In this document: positions 56,978 to 64,000 of the stretch, piece by piece
Position numbering within the stretch: position 1 is the first letter of the stretch
Layout of the letters: each line of letters starts with the position of its first letter
Source of the DNA: Octopus sinensis
Lineage: Eukaryota
NCBI RefSeq assembly: GCF_006345805.1
Contig: NC_043023.1
Location: 3,720,001 to 3,784,000 of the forward strand
Direction of reading: 5' to 3'
DNA length: 64,000 nt
Position numbers and translations under genes: made by a program
The notes under the pieces: model-generated
Seen by the model: only the letters and a program-made list of their open reading frames with translations
The model's database searches: none
What the model was told of the DNA's origin: nothing

Positions 56978-57061
56978 AATACCTATATACATAAATGCGA
57001 AACTAGGATGCTAGCATCCCTTAAAGGATTATAGGTCCTTGATACAATTATACATACATAT

Positions 57062-57962
57062 GAAGAAGCAATTAAGAGTATGAAGACAGGGAAAGCCCCT
57101 GGCCTATCAGAGATGCTCAAAATATCAGGTGTCAGCTATAGCCTTGTCACCCATATAGTCAATCAGGTGATACATGAAGGAGTCATACCCAATGACTGGT
57201 GTAGAAGCACCATAGTCAACTGCTACAAAGGTAAAGGTGACACATTAGATAGGAATAATTACAGAGGTATCAAGTTGTTGGACCAGGTAATGAAGGTTAC
57301 GGAGAGGGTCATAGCCCAACTAATTAGGGAGAGAGTCAGTCTAGACAAGATGCAGTTCGGGTTTGTGCCAGGGAGAAGCACCACTGATGCTATATTTCTG
57401 GTAAGACAGCTGCAGGACTTGACTTGTCTTGAGACAGCATTAACCCGGGGTGGGCTGAGCTGGCTTCATTCATCCTCAATGCTGCATCTCTCACAAACAT
57501 CAACAAACGCTGACTAGAGCTGCAGGAGTAATACCTAACCAAAGATAAGCCCCATGTACCTGGCTTTTGTTGACATGGAGAAAACCTTTGACAGGGTCCC
57601 CCGATCCCTTATCTGGTGGTCAATGAGGAAACTAGGGATAGATGAATGGTTAGTGAGAGCTGTGCTAGCCATGTACAGGGATGCTGTCAGTAAGGTGAGG
57701 GTTGGTAACGAGTTTAGTGACGAATTCCAGGTATGGGTAGGGGTCCACCAAGGATCAGTCCTCAGTCCCCTCTTATTCATCATAGTCCTGAAGGCAATAA
57801 CAGAGAAATTCAAGACAGGTTGCCCCTGGGAGCTCCTCTATGCTGATGACCTTGCTCTAATTGCTGAGTCACTATCAGAACTGGAAGAGAAGTTTCAGGC
57901 CTTAGGGTCAACCTAGCTAAAACCAAAGTCTTAATAAGTAGGAAGGCAGACAAACCACAAAT
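57062..57962 (+). mobile_element. RTE-clade LINE reverse transcriptase fragment (pseudogene)
   Basis: MKTGKAPG, NYRGIKLL, QFGFVPGRSTTDAIF, AFVDMEKTFDRVP, GVHQGSVLSPLLF, LLYADD; interrupted by a 100 bp insert with 10 bp TSD. Confidence 0.92.
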
Positions 57963-58154
57963 CCCTTTTTTTTTTTAACAAAACTGTCCAATGAACAGGA
58001 ACGTGAAACTCTGAGTAACAGCTTTTGTTACATTTCTGCTGCTTTTAAATAAAGCATATTACTCTACCACTGGTATTTGAGTACCCTTTTTTCCACCTTG
58101 TTTCACATTTATGTGCTTACTCTGGTATACTCAAAATAAGCAACAAGAATGAAT

Positions 58155-58256
58155 CCGGTAATTTGGTACGATCGTTTCATTCTACATCATTTTATTAAAT
58201 GTTGTAAGTATTACAACAGATTTAAGATGCTCAGTACTCATCAGCCAATTATAGAG
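58155..58256 (-). ncRNA. Inverted copy of family-1 hammerhead motif (stem II base weakened)
   Basis: Minus strand TTGG-CTGATGA-GTACT...AGAAT-GAAA-CGATCGTA-CCAA; tcatcag at 58238-58244. Confidence 0.7.
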
Positions 58257-58350
58257 GTTTTCCAATAATACATTAAATTTTCAAATCAAGTGGCAACATT
58301 ATAGAGAAGGTAGATATATAGACAAAGATGTGGATTTAAATGTTAAGAAC

Positions 58351-58454
58351 CTCTATAGTTGGCTGATGAGTACTCAGCATCTTAAATCTGTTGTAATACT
58401 TACAACATTTAATTAAATGATGTAGTACGAAACGATCGTACCAAATTACCAGAG
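58351..58454 (+). ncRNA. Type I hammerhead ribozyme motif (Penelope-like), family 1, intact core
   Basis: CTGATGA 58363-58369; stem II GTACT/AGTAC with long extension; GAAA 58429-58432; palindromic stem III ACGATCGT; GUA triplet 58438-58440; stem I TTGG/CCAA plus CTCT/AGAG. Confidence 0.8.
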
Positions 58455-58577
58455 TCATTCTTGTTGCTTATTTTGATTATAATCACCCCACAGAATTATA
58501 TGGATAACACCATACAAAATTCTGGTGCATCTAAATTAAGTACCATATTCATTGGAATCTAAATTGTTGCTGAACTT

Positions 58578-58712
58578 ATATATATATATATATATATATG
58601 TAGTATGTATGCATGTATGCATGTATGTATATATGTATGTATGTATATATGTATGTATGCATGTATGCATGTATGTATGTATGTATGTATGTATGTATGT
58701 ATGTATGTATGC

Positions 58713-58743
<31 letters not shown>

Positions 58744-58881
58744 TGTATGTATGTGTATGTATGCATGTATGTATGTATGTATGTATGTATGTATGTATGA
58801 TGCATGTTGTATGTATGTATGTATGTATGTATGTATGTATGTATGTATGGATGTATGTATGTATGTATGTATGTATGTATG

Positions 58882-58915
<34 letters not shown>

Positions 58916-59085
58916 TGTATGTATGTATGCATGTATGTATGCATGTATGCATGTATGTATGTATGTATGTATGTATGTATGTATGGATGTATGTATGTAT
59001 GTATGTATGTATGTACGTATGTATGTATGTATGTATGTATGTATGTATGTATGTATGTATGTACGTATGTATGTATGTATATAGA
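58578..59085. repeat. (TATG)n microsatellite
   Basis: Direct reading. Confidence 0.95.
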
Positions 59086-60514
59086 GATATATAGATAGAT
59101 ATACATGTTAATTTTTCTTATTTTGCTTTTGTCCATTTTCTGCAAGGCTTTTCTGATACCAAACTTTACAGGTTTTCAAGTAAAGGATAAAATATTTTTT
59201 CGTTTTCATCATTCTAAAAAAATGTAAACAAAATATGTACACATTGATATTCACACACACATACACACACATGCATACATGCATAGGTGTATATAAATAT
59301 GTATGCGTGGGTATGAGTGTGTGTGTGTATATGCATCTATTTCTATTTCTATGTCTTGTTATATTTGTACTATATTAATGTATAATATCATTGCTATTGT
59401 GTAATGGTTTAATAAAGTATTGATTGGGTATTATCTGATAGTTGATGATTGATTTAGATATATTTCTCCATTTTCTCATTTTGTATATATATATATACAT
59501 GGCACGGGCATGGCTGTGTGGTTAGGGAGCTTGCTTCCTAGCTACATGGTTTCGGGTTCAGTCCCACTGCGTGGCACTTTGAGTAGGTGTCTCCCACTAT
59601 AGCCCCGAGCCGACCGGAGCTTTGTGATTGAATTCGGTAGGTGGAAGTTACTGCCGTGTGTGTATGTGTGCGTATAGCTGCTCAGTGCCTCTCTGAAAGA
59701 GAGAGAGAGGGAATATATATATATATATTTACACACATACATATACATATATACATAGAAAGAGAGAGAGAGTGTGTGGGAGTGAGAGAGAATCGATACA
59801 TATATGTAGGTTTTTTGGCATTTACCATTTCTTTTAGAGCTTTATAATTTATGATTTATTTGTATTGTTTTTATTGTTTTTATAAAAGACTTTCAAACTC
59901 ATATCATACAAATAAATTATTTATACATCCATAATTCTAAATTTTCTTTCTTTTATTATATAGATATATGCATGTATGTATATGTACATATGTATGCATC
60001 TATGTATATAAGTATATATATATATATATATAAATTTTAAATGAGGGTGAATAATTGGATATTAATTAGATTAACATCAATTTAAAACCAGTAGTCTAGC
60101 ATATTAAATTCTGAAGGATCAGAAAATTATATTACATGCATATAAGGGGGATGACCACTATGTGGACAACCCTTATGCTGGAAGTTGATCTGCTATGGTC
60201 TTACAATGAGGAGATGTTATCAAGAACATTTGCTAAATTTTCTTGAGAACATTTCTTTGTGGTAAGACGACAATGGATCTATTTCTAGCATAAGGGTTGT
60301 CCACATAAATAAAATTTAATTGGAGGATATGTTAACCTCATGAAGAGATTGTTGCATTCAAGGAAATACTGGCTCAATACCTGATATTGCTAGGGAATGA
60401 AATTCCCTTAAAACAATAAGTATATATCAAGCACAAAGTTTATATCCAGTTAAAAGAAGATAAGAAAATGGAGAAAAGGAAGTTAATTATTCATTATTAA
60501 CAAATTGGTCATCT

Positions 60515-60625
60515 TCGCTTCTTACAGCTGTTTTAATTAATACTCAGTAATTTAATAACAATTTATACATTAAATTTGCATTTATGTGACATGAGCATAA
60601 TTTCATCAGGGAGAAAAAATGCACA
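60515..60625 (-). ncRNA. Inverted copy of family-2 hammerhead (G12 mutated to A)
   Basis: Minus strand CTGATGA-AATTATGCTCA...TGAGTATTAATT-AAAA-CAGCTGTA-AGAAG. Confidence 0.55.
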
Positions 60626-60677
60626 TTGGGATGTTATATGTAGATCTGAGTCTACTGAAATGAATTGATAGGTCCAC

Positions 60678-60796
<119 letters not shown>

Positions 60797-60820
60797 GATA
60801 GATAGATAGATAGATAGATA

Positions 60821-61920
60821 ATTTTCTTTATTGGCCACACAGAGATGCACACAGATGGGACAGTTACAAGGTAGCTTTTCTTTTGGGGGATGAAAAAAAA
60901 CACAAAACAAAAGAACAAATAAAAAAGGTGGCGTAGGTTTTCGATCAAAAGGATCATAAAAAAGGGAAAAAAGAACAAAAAAAGGAAAAGAAAAAAAGAA
61001 AAAAAGGAAAAGAAATAAAAGAAAAGAAAAGAAGAAAAAAGAGGAAAAAAAGGAGAAGAGGAAAAAGAACGATCAATAGGGATCGTGTATCACAGTGTCA
61101 TGATGTACAGTGTAAAGGAGGAAGCAAGTAAGGTTTATCCGTGGGAAGAAAAGCCTACGAAAAAGACCACGGTAACCTCGGTCAATATTGTTATATGTTA
61201 CCACATTTGTTTGCAAGTGGGTAACCCTCTTTTTCAATTTCTGGGTTCATAGGATTATGCTCAAGGTGGCTTCGTCATTCATACGTGCCATCCTTGCTAC
61301 ATTCACCCATCTTTTTTTAAAACATTCGCTAGACAAAACTTGCCTCTCTACTCTCACTTTCCTTTTCAAGTGGTACTTGAAGAAGTTGATGAGAGATTGA
61401 CCAGAGAGGAAAGTGTTTGTCTCCAATCCTTTCAGACGCGTCCACCAGATACATTCTTCGCCATAGCCACAAGGATGATGAAAATAGCTCTTCCTTCCCA
61501 TTTGAAGGAGGGAGGCGTGACAATATTGACGATAGACTCAGCTGATAAACCGACTCGTCCCACACGTGACAGCAGTTGTTCGACATAAGCCCACAGGTCG
61601 GAAATTGTTGGACACTGCACGAGTGCGTGCAGAACGGTTTCGTCACTCTGGCCGCATCTCGGGCAGGTCGGCCCCGTGTTTCTCGAGCCGTGTCTGTAGG
61701 GCTTATCCTGAACGGGTAGTGCTTCTCGGTAGCACTGCCAGGCCAGGTATCTCTGGAAGTTGTCCATGGGCCCTGGCCCGAAAGTCATCCTGAACAGGTG
61801 GGTCAGGTATTCCTCGTCGACATCCAGGTTCGCCCTGAGCTCGTCGTCGTACCTCCCCTCCACTAATCCCCTATAGAATACTTTGGTTGTGATGAAGTGA
61901 CTCAAGGTCGACCCAGGACG
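60821..61920 (-). mobile_element. Tx1/L1-clade LINE 3' end inside (GATA)n
   Basis: CPRCGQSDETVLHALVQCP zinc-binding motif, pyrimidine-rich 3' UTR, AATAAAAGAAAAT end. Confidence 0.8.
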
Positions 61921-61986
61921 GCAGACAGATAGATAGATAGATCGATAGATAGGCAGCTAGATAGATAGATAGATAGATAGACAGAC

Positions 61987-62084
<98 letters not shown>

Positions 62085-62085
62085 C

Positions 62086-62150
<65 letters not shown>

Positions 62151-62155
62151 GGATG

Positions 62156-62206
<51 letters not shown>

Positions 62207-62217
62207 TGATGATAGAT

Positions 62218-62248
<31 letters not shown>

Positions 62249-62314
62249 TAGATAGATGATAGATAGATAAATAGATAGATAGATTGATGATAGATATATA
62301 GATAGATAGATAAC

Positions 62315-62388
<74 letters not shown>

Positions 62389-62390
62389 TA
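61921..62390. repeat. (GATA)n/(GACA)n microsatellite; partner tract at 60677-60820
   Basis: Direct reading. Confidence 0.95.
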
Positions 62391-62487
62391 AATTGACAGA
62401 ATGAGATAAAAAATCCATGGCTGTAAATAGTTTTCATAACATTTATAAAGAAATGGTCTCACAGCTTTTACAGCATCCAAAGGTACA

Positions 62488-62594
62488 TGCTTTTTTTTCT
62501 CTGATGAAATTATACTCATGTCACATAAATGCAAATTCAATGTACAGATTTTTATTAAATTATTGAGTATTTATTGAAATGGCTGTAAGAAGCA
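62488..62594 (+). ncRNA. Type I hammerhead ribozyme motif, family 2
   Basis: TTCT-CTGATGA(62501-62507)-AATTATACTCA...TGAGTATTTATT-GAAA(62576-62579)-TGGCTGTA-AGAA. Confidence 0.65.
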
Positions 62595-62694
62595 AAGATG
62601 ACCAATTTGTTTGTATAAAAAATTATTAAGTTCCTTGTCACTATTTTCTTTTCTTCTTTTAAATGGATATAAGCTATATGCTATATATATATAT

Positions 62695-63021
62695 AATCAA
62701 AATATGCAACAAGGATATCCAGAGGTAATGCAGTACGATCGTTTCATGCGACTCCATTTAATTGAACGAATTATACAAATGAGTCCTTCACATTTCACTA
62801 AATTCTATATTTTTATGCAGCTGAAGATTGCTCTACATTTTAAAGTGATGTAATGTTTGCATTGTTCAATTAAATGGAGTCGCATGAAACGATCGTACTG
62901 CATTACCTCTGGATATCCTTGTTGCTTTTTTTTTATTATAATCACCCCATTTTGATTATATGGATAATACCATACTAAATTCTGGTGCCTTTAACTTAAG
63001 TACCATATTCATCTGAATCTC

Positions 63022-63022
<1 letters not shown>
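62695..63022. mobile_element. Penelope-like terminal fragments, inverted (family 1)
   Basis: Arms 62695-62768 and 62864-62940 are inverted; GAAACGATCGTA and the same downstream tail as 58441-58560. Confidence 0.65.
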
Positions 63023-63070
<48 letters not shown>

Positions 63071-63619
63071 TATATACATATACAAGATAAGAAAATGGAG
63101 AAATACATCTAAATCAAATATTAATTACCAGATAATACTCAATCACATACTTTATTAAACAAACCACATAAGAGACTGTAGGGTTAAATATAAAAAAGCA
63201 GAACAAATCAGTGTACATAAAGGAATGTACATAAAAAAGTGTACATAAAAGAGTAATGTTGTATAATAAGTAGAATATATATAAAAGAGAATATAAATGC
63301 AAGTAAATATAAATATAAGTATAGATTGCATCTTACAGCTGTTTCGGCCATGTAGATAAGTATGTCTCATTTTACCAATATTAGCCTTTTATATTTGGTA
63401 ATTGATATTTGATTTAGATGTATTTCTCCATCTTGTATTAGTAATTTGTGGTAAATCATTTTACCTTTGCCCATATAATACAGTAAATGAATTGATTGCA
63501 TCGCAATCATTAACATTTATGTTTTAACTTTGTTGGGTACCTCACTGGCTGTATATTGGATGTATGTTATCCCATGGAGGGTTGCATTTACAACCCCTAT
63601 CTCAATTTGTATATATATA

Positions 63620-64000
63620 TACGAGGGGCGTTCAATAAGTAATGCCCATGACCCACTTCCCATAGCAGTAGAGTGACGAAACTTGGCACAGTTATTAGTA
63701 TTTTTCTACATAGGAACCACCCAGAGTTACGCATTTCTCCCATCATTTGATGCAACTCTGAAGACCGTTTTTGTAGAAGACCCCAGCTTGGTCCTCCAAC
63801 CACGATGTGACTTCAGAAATCAAGGCTGCATCATCTGGGAAACGCTTTTCTTTCAAAAACAACTTCATGACTGGGAAGAGGTGAAAATCAGAGGGTGCAA
63901 GGTCAGGAGAGTAGGGGAATGGGGGAGGGGTTCATAGCCGCATGCCTGTGCTTCTGATCTGGCGACACGCGAGTTGTGAACCGGAGCGTTGTCCTGCAAG
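63620..64000 (-). mobile_element. Mariner 3' end (runs off window)
   Basis: TACGAGGGG TIR start; minus frame LQDNAPVH...PYSPDLAPSDFHLFP...WEKCV with an internal stop. Confidence 0.88.

Overview
AT-rich, microsatellite- and retroposon-dense animal genomic DNA; the SINE families and simple-repeat load suggest an octopod cephalopod (inference). Almost all ORFs in the supplied track are repeat artefacts. One real gene is clear: a + strand, five-coding-exon cysteine- and glycine-rich LIM protein gene (CSRP/CRP/muscle LIM protein family; 27527-42774; 191 aa; two LIM domains), with a candidate in-frame upstream exon at 17208-17241. The rest is tRNA-derived SINEs (dispersed, nested and in tandem arrays), CR1/RTE/Tx1 LINE fragments, three mariner relics, MITEs, a 5S rRNA copy abutting a retroelement, and a 100-N gap. 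Most notable: at least two families of type I hammerhead ribozyme motifs (55.8-62.6 kb) in inverted pairs typical of Penelope-like elements, with palindromic minimal stem III and unusually long (about 60-70 nt) stem II. Also notable are SINE multimers sharing one fixed junction, a SINE/LINE 3' stem-loop with compensatory changes, a Tx1 LINE inside (GATA)n, and candidate enhancers.
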